Virus record (IMG/VR): IMGVR_UViG_3300048091_000425
DNA length: 64,000 bases
From: a virus
Reading direction: 5' to 3' (one strand)
Made by a program: the position numbers and the translations under genes. Under the pieces are notes generated by a model, which was not told the origin of the DNA, did not search any database, and saw nothing but the letters and a program-made list of their open reading frames with translations. This document shows, piece after piece, positions 8,967 through 19,827 of the stretch (the first letter of the stretch is position 1; the number at the start of each line of letters is the position of its first letter).

Positions 8967-9239
8967 TCAACACGGCTGAAAATCAGACGACTCCCCACGA
9001 CCACCGGACTTCATGGCCTCAATCGCCAGCTGTGCAATTTCTGCCTGGGCGGCCACCACCGAGGACATCACCCAATTGCTGACAACGTAGCAGGTTCCGC
9101 GTGGGGTCTGCAGGCCATGGGCGTACGTCGCACCGCCAGAAAAGAATGGACTCTGCAGCTTCCAGACCTTAGCGCCGGCCTTAACTGAGCGCACGGCCCG
9201 GTTGGCGTCGATGGGTTTCCACTTTGTAGGGTCTGACAC
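8967..9239 (-). CDS. hypothetical protein
   Basis: 90-aa ORF with upstream GAGGAGGGGG RBS-like sequence. Confidence 0.55.
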   Translation of the reverse strand: MSDPTKWKPIDANRAVRSVKAGAKVWKLQSPFFSGGATYAHGLQTPRGTCYVVSNWVMSSVVAAQAEIAQLAIEAMKSGGRGESSDFQPC

Positions 9240-9256
9240 GACTTCCCCCTCCTCGA

Positions 9257-9721
9257 TTACAGCGATGGGCCGGAAGGCTCGATATGGTTCTGACTTCGAT
9301 CTTTATGAAAACCTTTCAGGTGATCGGCATACTGCTGGATCACCTCAGGGTCTTTCTTGTTGATTTTTGCCCATTGAACAAAATCATTGAGCTTTCGGTA
9401 GGCGAACCGGTATGCAAAATCGCTGACCGTATCTTTTAAGTTCTCAGTTTCTTTCAGAGTTTCTTTTAAGGCGTCAGTTGAAAATGGAAACTCGTTGCTG
9501 AACTGCATCTTTTCAGCAGCCTTGTAGACTGACTGTAATTTCTCAATGGCATCCGTTTCTTCTGGGTGGTTTTTGACCAAAGAATGGTAGGCATCAGAAG
9601 CCATGTAATAGGCGCCGAGGAAGGCAAACGATTTAAGCCTGGTCTCCTGATCCTTGCACTGCTCAATCGTCTGTTCAATTTTTCTGATCTGCGACCTGGA
9701 AAAATCACTCATCTTCTTCAT
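9257..9721 (-). CDS. helical hypothetical protein
   Basis: 154-aa ORF. Confidence 0.6.
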   Translation of the reverse strand: MKKMSDFSRSQIRKIEQTIEQCKDQETRLKSFAFLGAYYMASDAYHSLVKNHPEETDAIEKLQSVYKAAEKMQFSNEFPFSTDALKETLKETENLKDTVSDFAYRFAYRKLNDFVQWAKINKKDPEVIQQYADHLKGFHKDRSQNHIEPSGPSL

Positions 9722-9856
9722 TCAGCCGTACCCTATTATTTCAGTTGCTGGTAAATCCCATGATACCGGTGGAGCAACACATGCATCCACGGAGCAACAT
9801 AGGCTCGTTACCCCCATGGCTGGCGACGACCAGTAACGGCCTAGACATGGCTGACT

Positions 9857-10177
9857 TTAGGCCGTAAGCACTTTAGCTGTTGTAAACATCAGCAAAATAA
9901 TGACCGTTATAGCACCGCTCGCTACCACCACGGTATTAAGTCCTGATTCCATTCTTGACCTTTTCGGGTGATCTGCAATCAAAGGCCGCATATGGGCCAT
10001 GAACAAACATCCGTGCCCAAGATGCAACACTAACATCAGCAGGCAAACTGGCAATACTGTAAAGAACGAGATAAATGGCATGAAAGCAATTGTCGCCGAG
10101 CCAATAACACTGAACAAAGCTATTACTACTGCAAACTCAACCAGCGGGTTATTCATTGTCACGTTAACCTTTCTCAA
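9857..10177 (-). CDS. 3-TM membrane protein
   Basis: Three hydrophobic segments. Confidence 0.6.
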   Translation of the reverse strand: MRKVNVTMNNPLVEFAVVIALFSVIGSATIAFMPFISFFTVLPVCLLMLVLHLGHGCLFMAHMRPLIADHPKRSRMESGLNTVVVASGAITVIILLMFTTAKVLTA

Positions 10178-10192
10178 TAAATGATCGACTGC

Positions 10193-10828
10193 TTAATTAC
10201 CGTCTACGCTCAAGCCGAAGCTCAATTCGCTCATGTGCACAGGTTTTTTATAGCCATCTTCTACCACGTAAACATACGGGAAAAGCGCGTAGAAAAAGTT
10301 ACAGTCTGAACCTGGGAGATTCAGTTCTCTTCGGATTTCATAGGGGATGTGGGCGATTTCAACTTCGCGATTTTGATAATAACCACGACGGTGCAGGCAG
10401 CTATCTGAATATTTGCGAGTTTGTCTTTCATCGGTTTGCTGATCGCCGATAAAATCCGGCTCACAAAGCTCAGCAGGAATACGGAAAAAGTCCATATAGA
10501 CTTTAATTTTGTTGTACGAATTCTGATCAACAAAGTAGATTTTAGTCACACCTGTGCGTGCGGTAAGCTCGCAAGTAAACACCAATTCGTCATCGAGAAA
10601 ATATGCCATTTCCCCAACGTGCGTGTCGGTGCAATTCCATTTGTTGATCCAATAGCCTTTCAGGCGATGGCGATACTCGTTGGTTTCCGTCCAAGTGTTC
10701 CACAGCTTGTGGCGGTCGAGCCCATCAATTTCAAAAAGACTTTCCAGTGCGCTTTCAAATTTCGGAATGTCGTCGCAATTTTCTTTGGTCTTGGTGACTC
10801 GGCGAGCGGCATCAATGGTCAGCATCAT
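10193..10828 (-). CDS. hypothetical protein
   Basis: 211-aa ORF. Confidence 0.65.
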   Translation of the reverse strand: MMLTIDAARRVTKTKENCDDIPKFESALESLFEIDGLDRHKLWNTWTETNEYRHRLKGYWINKWNCTDTHVGEMAYFLDDELVFTCELTARTGVTKIYFVDQNSYNKIKVYMDFFRIPAELCEPDFIGDQQTDERQTRKYSDSCLHRRGYYQNREVEIAHIPYEIRRELNLPGSDCNFFYALFPYVYVVEDGYKKPVHMSELSFGLSVDGN

Positions 10829-10915
10829 TCAGTTCCTTTTCTAATTAATCCGGCCATGAAAGAATTAAGTTGCACCAAACCAAACGGTGCGTTATTTAGC
10901 GTGGGTGTATATGTC

Positions 10916-11641
10916 TTACTTCCCGAGCCGAGCGGCCAGATTGTCGATGGAGCTATCCAGTTCTTCACTGGAATCGACGTACTGGGTGTAGCAATCATGA
11001 TCAATCGATATGGATAGTTGATCCATACCGACCAGTGCGCGGATTTTCTCATAGCGCCGGGCATTGGCTGCCATCTGCGCGAGATGACCGTTTAACTGGA
11101 TCGTCTCATCGATACACTCGTTCCAGGCATCTCGCGTGCGCGGTGAGGGATAGTCGTCAGGCCTACGGGCCGGGAGGATCAATGCTCCGACCCTCTCAAC
11201 TGGAGAGATCTGCTGATCTGCCGAGACGTGAGCCGGCTCAATAGTGTCTGGAAGCCGACAGCCATGGAAATAAACCGTGTCTACGCCAGCCGCTCGCCAA
11301 TCACGGGTCAGCACTCTCAGGCGCTCCATGAGGGCCAGGATCGCCTCATGGTGGATGGGAAAGCCTCTGAAGCATATGTCCTCGCGAAAGGTCACCAGCG
11401 GCAGCCAGGTGGTCAGCATCGGGCCGTGCGCAGCGTTAGTACACAGACTTAGCAGGTTGCCCTCGAATTCCTGTTTCCAGTAACTGAGCACCCACGCAAA
11501 AAACGTCTCTGCATCCTCGCCTTCTAGGATGATGTCTTGAGTCCCCGGCACGCCTACTGTGACGCCGCCTTGGTCAAGCTTATATTGAGCCGACTCGAGT
11601 ACCAGCGGTCGAGTAAGGTCGATCTGAATTATTGAAGCCAT
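10916..11641 (-). CDS. hypothetical mosaic phage-like protein
   Basis: 241-aa ORF containing the AWNECIDE motif common in phage early proteins. Confidence 0.6.
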   Translation of the reverse strand: MASIIQIDLTRPLVLESAQYKLDQGGVTVGVPGTQDIILEGEDAETFFAWVLSYWKQEFEGNLLSLCTNAAHGPMLTTWLPLVTFREDICFRGFPIHHEAILALMERLRVLTRDWRAAGVDTVYFHGCRLPDTIEPAHVSADQQISPVERVGALILPARRPDDYPSPRTRDAWNECIDETIQLNGHLAQMAANARRYEKIRALVGMDQLSISIDHDCYTQYVDSSEELDSSIDNLAARLGK

Positions 11642-12042
11642 GCACCTTGCTCCCCTTCAAGACCGAGTCGCTCTCGCAGTTCAGTGAGGGATTCTTTGCC
11701 CCGAGCGATGCGGGCCGCTTCTTTCTCTGGTGTAACTTCGTAGGTGTACAGACGCTGCGCAGCCTCAACCACCAGACGAGCAGAAACGCCCTTCTGGAAC
11801 CGAGTATCAGCCACTTTTGCCGGCATTTCGAGCACCGGCCAGTTGGCATCGGCCTGCGGCGGTGTGAAGTTAACCGGCACCAGCAGGTTACGCAGTTCGT
11901 TGGCTTTGAAGCGGTAGTGCTGGGCCAGGTAGCGCCCTTCCCCGTCATCCGGCTCTTTGTCGGCCAGGTGCTCGTACACCTTGATCATCTCTTCGACGTC
12001 TTTCTGCGGGACTCCAATCAATTTGCCCATGTTCGTATCCAT
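11629..12042 (-). CDS. hypothetical protein
   Basis: 137-aa ORF. Confidence 0.6.
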   Translation of the reverse strand: MDTNMGKLIGVPQKDVEEMIKVYEHLADKEPDDGEGRYLAQHYRFKANELRNLLVPVNFTPPQADANWPVLEMPAKVADTRFQKGVSARLVVEAAQRLYTYEVTPEKEAARIARGKESLTELRERLGLEGEQGAWLQ

Positions 12043-12208
12043 GCAATGTCTAGGTCACTATCAGTTGAGAATGGCAATTTAACACCATTATCTGTGAAAA
12101 TCACCTGAAAATGTGGTCGCCGCCGTGATGAACTACGGTAGAAAGGCACCCTAGCTGGCAATTTATGGTTAAATAAATCATCGCTTCAAAGCCCATCAAG
12201 GTAAGGTT

Positions 12209-12748
12209 ATGAACATTCTTTTGTACGCCAAAAAGACCCTGTGTTTCTGGTTAGGACGGGAGGTCGATTATGCGACCCCGGATGACGTTAAGCCGGAAGA
12301 ATTCGTGATACGAGAGATCGATGGCCGGCGCTATCTGACCATCCGGAAGGCCAAGAGCCTTGCCCAACAGATCATCTACCCGGAGCAGCGAGAGGAAAAC
12401 ATCTGGCACGACCACGCGATGGCCAAGCTCATCAAATCAGTCGAAAAGATGTTCAACGGGGGAAGCTTCTTCGATGTCTGCGTCGTAAACGAGGCCGTGA
12501 AGGATTTTGACCTGCAATCAACACCTTCTGTGGCGCAAGCGATAAAACATCTGAACCTGATTCACTGCACCAATTTCAGCGAGATGTCGCCAGAGGTTTT
12601 CCAGGCAATTCCTCGGTATCTGACCCATATTTTCAGCGAAGGGCGAATTCCTCTGGAGGCAACCGCACGCAGTGGGGAAATGGTGAATCTGGAGAAGAAA
12701 CCAGAACCACCAACAGCTGAAGATGGTTCTGTTATCGCCTTGGAGTAA
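12209..12748 (+). CDS. hypothetical protein
   Basis: 179-aa ORF after AAGGT RBS; FDVC...IHC..F..M pattern seen in phage hypotheticals. Confidence 0.65.
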   Translation: MNILLYAKKTLCFWLGREVDYATPDDVKPEEFVIREIDGRRYLTIRKAKSLAQQIIYPEQREENIWHDHAMAKLIKSVEKMFNGGSFFDVCVVNEAVKDFDLQSTPSVAQAIKHLNLIHCTNFSEMSPEVFQAIPRYLTHIFSEGRIPLEATARSGEMVNLEKKPEPPTAEDGSVIALE

Positions 12749-12787
12749 TCGAAGCATGGGCCTGTTTCTGTTACGCCTGGATGAGGC

Positions 12788-13156
12788 TCAGGCGTCAACC
12801 TCAGGCTCGTCCTTGATCTGGCGCCGGCATGGATGGTGAAAGCTTCCATTGAAAATCGCACCGATCCAGGAACTGGCCCGATCACCGACATTGACCCAGG
12901 TCTCGGTGTCGTCAAGCAGCCAATAGTCGCTAGGCAGAATCTTGTCCCCGTCCTCCAGCAGTCGGTACCTTGGCTTCGGCTTATCACCGCCCTCGACGCT
13001 ATTTCCCAAAGTGGCCTTCCCCGCATCCCAATCACTCAGGGCCTCCTGCAGCGGGCCGACGTCGTAGCAGGTGTCGCTGTCCATGCTGTTCAGCAGATCC
13101 GTTGCGGCTTTGGCGACAGTATCACCGAGTCGTAGCGTCATTTCTGCTTGCTCCAT
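12788..13156 (-). CDS. hypothetical protein
   Basis: 122-aa ORF. Confidence 0.6.
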   Translation of the reverse strand: MEQAEMTLRLGDTVAKAATDLLNSMDSDTCYDVGPLQEALSDWDAGKATLGNSVEGGDKPKPRYRLLEDGDKILPSDYWLLDDTETWVNVGDRASSWIGAIFNGSFHHPCRRQIKDEPEVDA

Positions 13157-13160
13157 TTCG

Positions 13161-13457
13161 TTAGCACCTTTCCCATCCAGTAGAAATCGTGCAGGGGAAC
13201 CAATCGTAGCGTCTCACCAGCAAATAGCTGGGAAGCCACAGGAAGCCGCCAGGGCGAATGCGCCGCAACCGTGAATGTTCAGGTTTCGTTAAGAAACCTT
13301 GCATCCCGAATTCGCGCACCGCTGCGAGGAATAGCTCAGGATCGTGCTGCCCCCGGCTGAAGTATATGGCGCCGCCATCAGGCGACGCATCGCACTCAAT
13401 TTTGAGGGGATACGTTTTCACGCCATAGACTCCTCGTAGGTGCGCTCGCCTTTGCAC
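13161..13457 (-). CDS. hypothetical protein
   Basis: 98-aa ORF, start uncertain. Confidence 0.45.
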   Translation of the reverse strand: MQRRAHLRGVYGVKTYPLKIECDASPDGGAIYFSRGQHDPELFLAAVREFGMQGFLTKPEHSRLRRIRPGGFLWLPSYLLVRRYDWFPCTISTGWERC

Positions 13458-13777
13458 AGCCAGTCAACAACCAGGACTGCAGCGTCGTAGAAGTTGCGGT
13501 GGGAGAAGGAGTAGACCTCCGCCGAGTCCTTCGGATCACCGGATGGGAACTCGAAATCCTGCCGCTCACCGACGGTGACGATGATCGAGTTGCTGTTACC
13601 ATGGCCGTGCACGTTGCACTTGCGAGAGCCGTCCCAGATCATGAGCGAAAGCCCAGGGTTTCGACCACTGACGTAGATATCGTGGGTATCTGGAAGGTCT
13701 TCGTCCATCAAGGTATGAGCAATCGCAAGTACCGCTTGAGCCTTTGCGTGAGCGCCGAAAGTTCTGATTTTAGCCAC
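13418..13777 (-). CDS. hypothetical protein
   Basis: 119-aa ORF. Confidence 0.6.
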   Translation of the reverse strand: MAKIRTFGAHAKAQAVLAIAHTLMDEDLPDTHDIYVSGRNPGLSLMIWDGSRKCNVHGHGNSNSIIVTVGERQDFEFPSGDPKDSAEVYSFSHRNFYDAAVLVVDWLCKGERTYEESMA

Positions 13778-13785
13778 TGTGAAAC

Positions 13786-14739
13786 CTATCCCTGAACTGA
13801 ATTGTTAGCTGGCGACCCAGCCTGCCCGCACATGCAGCCAGCGGACAACCGTATGACTTCCGACAGACGAACCACAGGTTCGATATCGGAACACTCATCG
13901 CCAAATAGCGATTTCACGTAATCACGGCCAAAAGCCAGGGAGCGCGGGCCTTCACCTTCCTGCGTGAAACGCGAGTGAGCTACCCCGTTATCCGTCCAGA
14001 ACACACCGTAGGCTTCAGCTTTAAGGCCATCCCACCAGTTTGTACCCGATACAGCTGGTGGTGGAGCAAAATCAATGCACTCCCCAACCTTACGCTTACT
14101 CATCAACGCCTCGAGTAAATCGATTCGCCCCCACGCCTGAGTTAGCCTTTCGGTTTGGGCCGCCACCCATTGCCCATAGTGCAGGAGCTTTTTGTTGGCA
14201 TCTTCCAGGTCGGTGCAAGTCCTGACCGGATTGTTTACGTCGGCCAGTTTGAGCGCCTTGACTTCGGTTTCCAGCTCCGTATTGCGGATGAGCAGCTTGG
14301 ACACATGCTCACGGTGATCCCCCAGGCGCACCAGGGAAACAATTTCGGTACCCGTTTCACCTTCGTCGTAGGCCTTGCGAACATCATCCTCGTTCGAGCT
14401 GCCCAGCCAGATACCACCGCCGCTGCCGATCAGCTCGTGCACATGAATGAAAACCTCTGGCTCGCCGGCGCTGCCACGAAGAGTGGAAATGGAGCGAGGG
14501 TTGTTCAGAGAAGTCGCCTTCTCAACGCAGGCGTTCCAGCCCTTATCAAAAGTATCCAGCTCCTGACCCTCGTCAGCCACGCGCAGAGCCGGCAGCCTTG
14601 CGCCGGCCACGCGGTATTCGTTGGCGCCAGCCAGGAGCGCCTGCAGGTCGGCCAGAAATGGGCTATCGGCGGGCAAATCACCCTCGATACCCTTCAACAG
14701 CGCCCGTGTCGCAGTAATCAGCTCAAATTCCATTTTCAA
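13786..14739 (-). CDS. mosaic phage early-region-like protein
   Basis: 317 aa, GWNACVE motif and coiled coil. Confidence 0.6.
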   Translation of the reverse strand: MKMEFELITATRALLKGIEGDLPADSPFLADLQALLAGANEYRVAGARLPALRVADEGQELDTFDKGWNACVEKATSLNNPRSISTLRGSAGEPEVFIHVHELIGSGGGIWLGSSNEDDVRKAYDEGETGTEIVSLVRLGDHREHVSKLLIRNTELETEVKALKLADVNNPVRTCTDLEDANKKLLHYGQWVAAQTERLTQAWGRIDLLEALMSKRKVGECIDFAPPPAVSGTNWWDGLKAEAYGVFWTDNGVAHSRFTQEGEGPRSLAFGRDYVKSLFGDECSDIEPVVRLSEVIRLSAGCMCGQAGSPANNSVQG

Positions 14740-14891
14740 CCACCTTAATCGTTTTCATATTGGTGTTTTTGCAGTGGCCGATGGCTTGCGAGGCATAGGT
14801 GCCGTGCTTTGTGCAACGGTCGTTACTCTTCGCGTTCTTGTGGCCTTTCGGCCAGCCGGCGTTGTAGTGGTGCATGCAGCCTTTGCAGTGC

Positions 14892-15677
14892 TTATCCATG
14901 GGCTCCCTCCCCGCTGCTCGCAGCAGCTGATCCCTGACTCTGGGCCTTGGCGGCCTCAAGCGCGTCGATCACCGTATAGTCCAGGCGCTCGTGGTTGGTC
15001 GCAAACTCAACCTCGCAATCATCCGGGTCGAACAGATTGACGGTGCCGGCGCCCCGCTCGATGCCCATCTGGATCTCCCAGCCTTCCGGAAGCTCGCCAG
15101 CGGCCCGCTCGACCGCCGCGTACAACGGCGGAACTTTCGTCAGCACCTTGAACTTCGCCTGCAGATCCTGGTGAGCTTTTTCCAGCAGCACATTGCGCTG
15201 GCGCAGGACATCGACCTCGAGGCCGTCGGTACCTTCGTTGAGGTGCGCGATCATGTCGATCAACACCATGTTTGCCGATTCGACGTCATTGTGGAATCGG
15301 GCTGCCACTGGGGCGACGCCGGCGATGGTCGCCGACACATAGTGCCCGCTCGGGTTCCGATTGAGGGTGGCCCTGCGCCGCTGTCCGGTGTCGTATAGGA
15401 AGGTCATCAGGCGCTGGAGCGTCTCGGACACAGCAGTCAGCCCCGCCGCCATTCTTTCCTGGTTGCCCCCAACTTCCTCAGCATTTGGCTGTTCAGCCGA
15501 AGCCAGCGCAGCCCGTAAGGTTTGGGCAGCCAGCGCTGTGCGGAACTCGTTCACCGTCTCCGTGACGTGCGGCAGAAAGCCAATGCCGCCAGAGCCGTCG
15601 TTTCCAACGCTTTCCGGCCAGAGCGCCGACATGCGATTGAGAAGATCGAGGGGCATTTCTACGGTTTTTATGGTCAT
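14892..15677 (-). CDS. hypothetical coiled-coil protein
   Basis: 261-aa ORF. Confidence 0.6.
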   Translation of the reverse strand: MTIKTVEMPLDLLNRMSALWPESVGNDGSGGIGFLPHVTETVNEFRTALAAQTLRAALASAEQPNAEEVGGNQERMAAGLTAVSETLQRLMTFLYDTGQRRRATLNRNPSGHYVSATIAGVAPVAARFHNDVESANMVLIDMIAHLNEGTDGLEVDVLRQRNVLLEKAHQDLQAKFKVLTKVPPLYAAVERAAGELPEGWEIQMGIERGAGTVNLFDPDDCEVEFATNHERLDYTVIDALEAAKAQSQGSAAASSGEGAHG

Positions 15678-15837
15678 CGCTTCACTTTCCTGGCATTGGG
15701 CAAGTTTTTGTAGTGATCCGTTTTCTTGCAGCGCTTGCAGGTGATCGACTCCCTTACACCGCTATTCCCGGCAAATCCCTGTATCCCGCAGGCAACCTCG
15801 GTTGTGTACGGGATGTGCACGTGCACCATGGACTTGC

Positions 15838-16269
15838 TCATGACCGGAAAGCATCTTCGAGGGCGGCATAGGCGCTCTGAATACGAGCCAGTTTTTCTTC
15901 TGCCACTTTCAGTTGGTGCTCAGAGTACGACGAAGTGATAGGCAGGTTACCAACCGACGTTTCGCAGGCGACACCCGCGAAGGCCTTCAGAATCTTGTCG
16001 ACCTCAGGGGAGCCGCCAAAATCGCGGGATCCGATAGAAAGCAAGGTGCAGATCTGACGCATATTGGTAAAGCCGATTTTTACAGCAGTGCCGCCACAGT
16101 GAATCAGAGCGAAACCTTCGTCCGCACGCGGCGCCAGATCAATCGGGCCGCTGTTCAGACCTACCCCGTTGTAACTCGGGGCAGTTACTGTGGCTGGCTT
16201 TTCCTTTGCGCTCTTGTTGTCCCAGCTATTCGGCTTGTAGCCGTTGTTCAAAAGTCCCATACCAGGCAT
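15838..16269 (-). CDS. hypothetical protein
   Basis: 143-aa ORF with AGGAAC RBS. Confidence 0.6.
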   Translation of the reverse strand: MPGMGLLNNGYKPNSWDNKSAKEKPATVTAPSYNGVGLNSGPIDLAPRADEGFALIHCGGTAVKIGFTNMRQICTLLSIGSRDFGGSPEVDKILKAFAGVACETSVGNLPITSSYSEHQLKVAEEKLARIQSAYAALEDAFRS

Positions 16270-16300
16270 GACTGTTCCTTACTTTTAGAATTGAATGGCG

Positions 16301-17383
16301 TTATGTGGACGGCACATCGGAGCCAGCGCCCAGCGCTGAAGTCACGACTTGTCTCAGCACACGACCCAACTGGGTGTCGGCGGGCATCAGCTGCTCAAAG
16401 ACAGCGGCAGCGACGCCGTATTCGTAGCCAGGCTTGATCGGCGGCTCGGCGTGGGCGCGGTTCCAGTCCAACAGCCTGATCTGCAGGCCGAGCAAATCAG
16501 CAACTTCAGCTTTGGCCTGCTCCGGCTCTGCCGCTGAAACATGACCTTCGGCCAAAAGCGATGTAAGAGGCTCACCGTCTCCAGATGGAGCGAACGAAGC
16601 CAGGACTATCAATGCGCTGTTTCGAGCGGACGAGCCGTCTACAGAGATCCCATAGGTACTAATGAACCTACGAATAGCCAATTGAAGCTGAAGCACTTGC
16701 GCGTTAGTAGCGTCGCGCTGAGCCTCTACTTGAAGCAGTTCTTCTGCGGCGCTGTAGTTCGGTTTTGGATCTTCCGCCAGGATGCTGAAGCTATCTCCCT
16801 CGCGCATCAGCTCAGCGACGGTACAGAAAATGCGATTGCCTGCATCGTGGTCACAGGTCGACACATCAACGCTGATCGTTTTACCGACGATCTTGCTCTC
16901 CAGATAGTCGATGAGCACCACGTTGTCGGTAGGGTCGCCGTGCACCACCTCAGCTTTCGCTTCCTGGAGGACAGCATTGATCTCCTCGGCATGCGCCAGC
17001 CCGTCCCTTCGGCCCCAGTCATACAAGAAATTCGAGCTGGTTTCGAGGAGGTCTACAAACCTCGCGTTCTGCTCCTTCAAGAAGTCCCGTTCAGCCTCGG
17101 CCTCACGAATCAGGCGTAGGAACTCTGATTCGTACTTTTCCAGCATGGCCACGCGCCCACGGATTAGCTGCAGCTCTTCACTCGGGTCGCGGAACAACGC
17201 GATGCGTCTTTCCCCGCTTGGACTATCCCCACCGTGGCGCCAAAGCGTTGCATAAAGTCCATTGCCATTGCCATCGACCTGATCTAAGTCGAATTCGTCA
17301 ACGTAGCCCGCAGGCTTTTGAGCTTTGTGCATCAGGGCATCCTCAGCAGCGTAGCCAATGGTGATAGTCCGAAATTCAGGCAT
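16301..17383 (-). CDS. mosaic phage-like protein
   Basis: 360 aa; GKTISVDVST.D.DAGNRIF module typical of phage early hypotheticals. Confidence 0.6.
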   Translation of the reverse strand: MPEFRTITIGYAAEDALMHKAQKPAGYVDEFDLDQVDGNGNGLYATLWRHGGDSPSGERRIALFRDPSEELQLIRGRVAMLEKYESEFLRLIREAEAERDFLKEQNARFVDLLETSSNFLYDWGRRDGLAHAEEINAVLQEAKAEVVHGDPTDNVVLIDYLESKIVGKTISVDVSTCDHDAGNRIFCTVAELMREGDSFSILAEDPKPNYSAAEELLQVEAQRDATNAQVLQLQLAIRRFISTYGISVDGSSARNSALIVLASFAPSGDGEPLTSLLAEGHVSAAEPEQAKAEVADLLGLQIRLLDWNRAHAEPPIKPGYEYGVAAAVFEQLMPADTQLGRVLRQVVTSALGAGSDVPST

Positions 17384-17385
17384 GG

Positions 17386-18876
17386 TTAAACGCTCTCCGT
17401 TGGCGAATTCAACCGTCGATAGTCCTCGAGGAACCGCTCCGACGCCGCGAGCGTAAAGCCGCGCATGGTTTCGTTGTTGATCCAGTGGCGAATGATCACG
17501 TCGGCGGTCTCCAGCAGCTTGGCAAAGCTGTCCAGGCGGGCCGTCATGGCTTCAAAGGAGTAGGCACTACGGCGCAGCTCCCATTTACGGTGGAAATTCC
17601 AGCCCAGGCCAGTTGGCGCCGGCTCGTGCGGCAATCGCACAGCCAACTTGCCGGGCTCGCCCTGGTACAGAATGGCTTCAGCGGGTACCACCTCACCCTG
17701 TGAAATAACCTGGGCCGCCAGCGCATCGAAGTCAGAGGCCAGCACATACGAGCCGAATTCGTCCTGGTGTTTGTCACCAAAACGGTCGAATTCATAGCGT
17801 TTGACCTCGCCCACCGCCTCAGTCGCCATGCTTGGCACTTTCACGCCGATCATCTTGAACGCCAGTGCGTCACTCGATTTCAACGCCCGCGCATATTCCA
17901 GCAGCGCCGCGTTAACACGGGTGCACAACGAGTCATCGTCTTCATCTTCAACGCATGCAACAGATGCGTACATTGCAATCGTTTGACGTAAGGTCTCAGC
18001 CAGAGAATCTGCTTGCTGGCGCAGACCGTTCGAAACGTTGCGGTGGTGATCGCGCTGCAGCTGCATTGCAGAGTGCAGGGATTGCCAGCGCCCCTCCTCC
18101 CCATCAGCCAGGCTTCTGGCGGCCTCAGCACAGGCTTTCCAGGTGTTCAGTCGCGCATTGTAGGAGTCGGCAAGCGGATAGAAGCTGGCATCCATAACCA
18201 TTACAACGTAGCAGTTGTGGACGTCGGAGAACTTCAGGAAATTCGGGATCGGAAATTTCGCCTCGAAAGCCGCACGGTCGTGAAGCTCACACCCATTCGG
18301 GAGATCAGCCGCAGCGGACAGGATCATTCCCGCTGGGAGGTTTTCGATATCCCAGTCACCGAGCGATTCCAGCCGCACCGACTCCGGCAAGCCATCGGAG
18401 CCCAGAGGCCCGTGCACTACCTTGAAAAGACCTTGCGCAGGTTTCACGTCCAGACATTCGGCCCCGTTAGCAGGAAGTGGTTCAGTGTTGGCCGAACTGC
18501 GGACGTTGACATCTTTCAGCAGCGTGGCCTTACTAAAGCCTCCCATTGGCATCATGTTGCCGGATTGGGCGCTTGCGTGAATGACCGAACCCATGTCCGA
18601 CACTTTCGCAAGGCTGTTACCCATGTCCAGAGTCGACTGAAAGTCTTGCCCTTCGATGCAGTTATGTTGCGCACCAAAAATGGATGGGCTACTGACATTG
18701 ATGCCTTTGCGTTGGCCGGGTTTCAGATCTTGAGGTAACGAGGCCTGAAAATCCTTTTCGATTTGCAACCATGGGTTACGCTGCTCATGCATTTGCGATG
18801 GATCGCTGCCCTGCTGGCTGACATCCTGAGCGTTATTGGAAGTCTCATCGCCTGAGTCGCTGATGTGCTTGGTCAT
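17386..18876 (-). CDS. mosaic phage-like protein (Ead/Ea22-type modules)
   Basis: 496 aa; RAAFEAKF, VKRY...YVLASDFDAL modules. Confidence 0.6.
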   Translation of the reverse strand: MTKHISDSGDETSNNAQDVSQQGSDPSQMHEQRNPWLQIEKDFQASLPQDLKPGQRKGINVSSPSIFGAQHNCIEGQDFQSTLDMGNSLAKVSDMGSVIHASAQSGNMMPMGGFSKATLLKDVNVRSSANTEPLPANGAECLDVKPAQGLFKVVHGPLGSDGLPESVRLESLGDWDIENLPAGMILSAAADLPNGCELHDRAAFEAKFPIPNFLKFSDVHNCYVVMVMDASFYPLADSYNARLNTWKACAEAARSLADGEEGRWQSLHSAMQLQRDHHRNVSNGLRQQADSLAETLRQTIAMYASVACVEDEDDDSLCTRVNAALLEYARALKSSDALAFKMIGVKVPSMATEAVGEVKRYEFDRFGDKHQDEFGSYVLASDFDALAAQVISQGEVVPAEAILYQGEPGKLAVRLPHEPAPTGLGWNFHRKWELRRSAYSFEAMTARLDSFAKLLETADVIIRHWINNETMRGFTLAASERFLEDYRRLNSPTESV

Positions 18877-18959
18877 GGGTAAACAGTCCTTTCTAAATTC
18901 GATTTCCGCGTCGTCGGTTAGACGCTCTGCGATGTTCCGGTGTGGGTTGATCAGCCGAG

Positions 18960-19391
18960 TTACAAGAGATCAACTTTCCCAAACTTCGCAAGCTCAGACT
19001 GAAGGTTCTTCTTATCGCCTTCCAGTTGAGCAACCTTTTCGCGCAGCTCGGCGATCAGCCGGCGAGCATGCTTGGCCGGGTAATCCGGGTCATCCAGCAG
19101 TGCCAACAGCGCATCGTAGTCGCCAGCGTCGACAACCATCAGGTTGGCCGGGCCTAGGTAGCCAGGGCGGCAGACCTTCATGCGCTCGACCCCGTGTGGA
19201 TTTTGGGACAGTGGGTGGACAGGAGCTGCCGCGAGGGCCGCATTCCAGATCTCGAAAGCACCACCGCCACAGCAGCGTGCACGGCTCGCAATGGATTCAG
19301 CGATGTCGTCATCAAGATCGACCGGCACAAGCTGCCACCGCTCTTTAATAGCTGGCTTGGTGGAGGTTTCTGCTTGCTTGGTGGTGTCCAT
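18960..19391 (-). CDS. phage-like hypothetical protein
   Basis: WQLVP...IWNAALAAAP module. Confidence 0.6.
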   Translation of the reverse strand: MDTTKQAETSTKPAIKERWQLVPVDLDDDIAESIASRARCCGGGAFEIWNAALAAAPVHPLSQNPHGVERMKVCRPGYLGPANLMVVDAGDYDALLALLDDPDYPAKHARRLIAELREKVAQLEGDKKNLQSELAKFGKVDLL

Positions 19392-19459
19392 GGCAATTCT
19401 CTCGAAATGTTATGTTTATGGCGCCAGCATAGACGCCTCGAATGAAGTCGTTGGAGTTC

Positions 19460-19819
19460 TTAAGCTTGCGGCGCCTTCCGGGCCATGAGCGCAGAGAGAT
19501 CGTAGATCGGGCCGCTGGAGATGATCGGCTGGCCACCCTCGACACTGATCACCTGCACCAGAAAGGCATTGCCGGCGATCCAGTACACAAAGCAAAAAGC
19601 CCATACGCAGAGCTTAATCTTGCGGGTGTTCAGGTAGGTGATTTTAGCGTCATTGCACCAAAGCAAGAGCATCACTACGGGCAGGGTGAAGTAGGCCGCA
19701 CCCCTTGCCTGATCAAGGAAAACCATGCACCAAGCCAGAGCAATGGTCATTATGGCGATGCCGAGGGTGAACCACCGCGATGGAAAATCAATTCGGCTTT
19801 TTTCAATGGCAAAGGACAT
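19460..19819 (-). CDS. membrane protein
   Basis: Three hydrophobic segments. Confidence 0.6.
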   Translation of the reverse strand: MSFAIEKSRIDFPSRWFTLGIAIMTIALAWCMVFLDQARGAAYFTLPVVMLLLWCNDAKITYLNTRKIKLCVWAFCFVYWIAGNAFLVQVISVEGGQPIISSGPIYDLSALMARKAPQA

Positions 19820-19827
19820 GGCTAGAC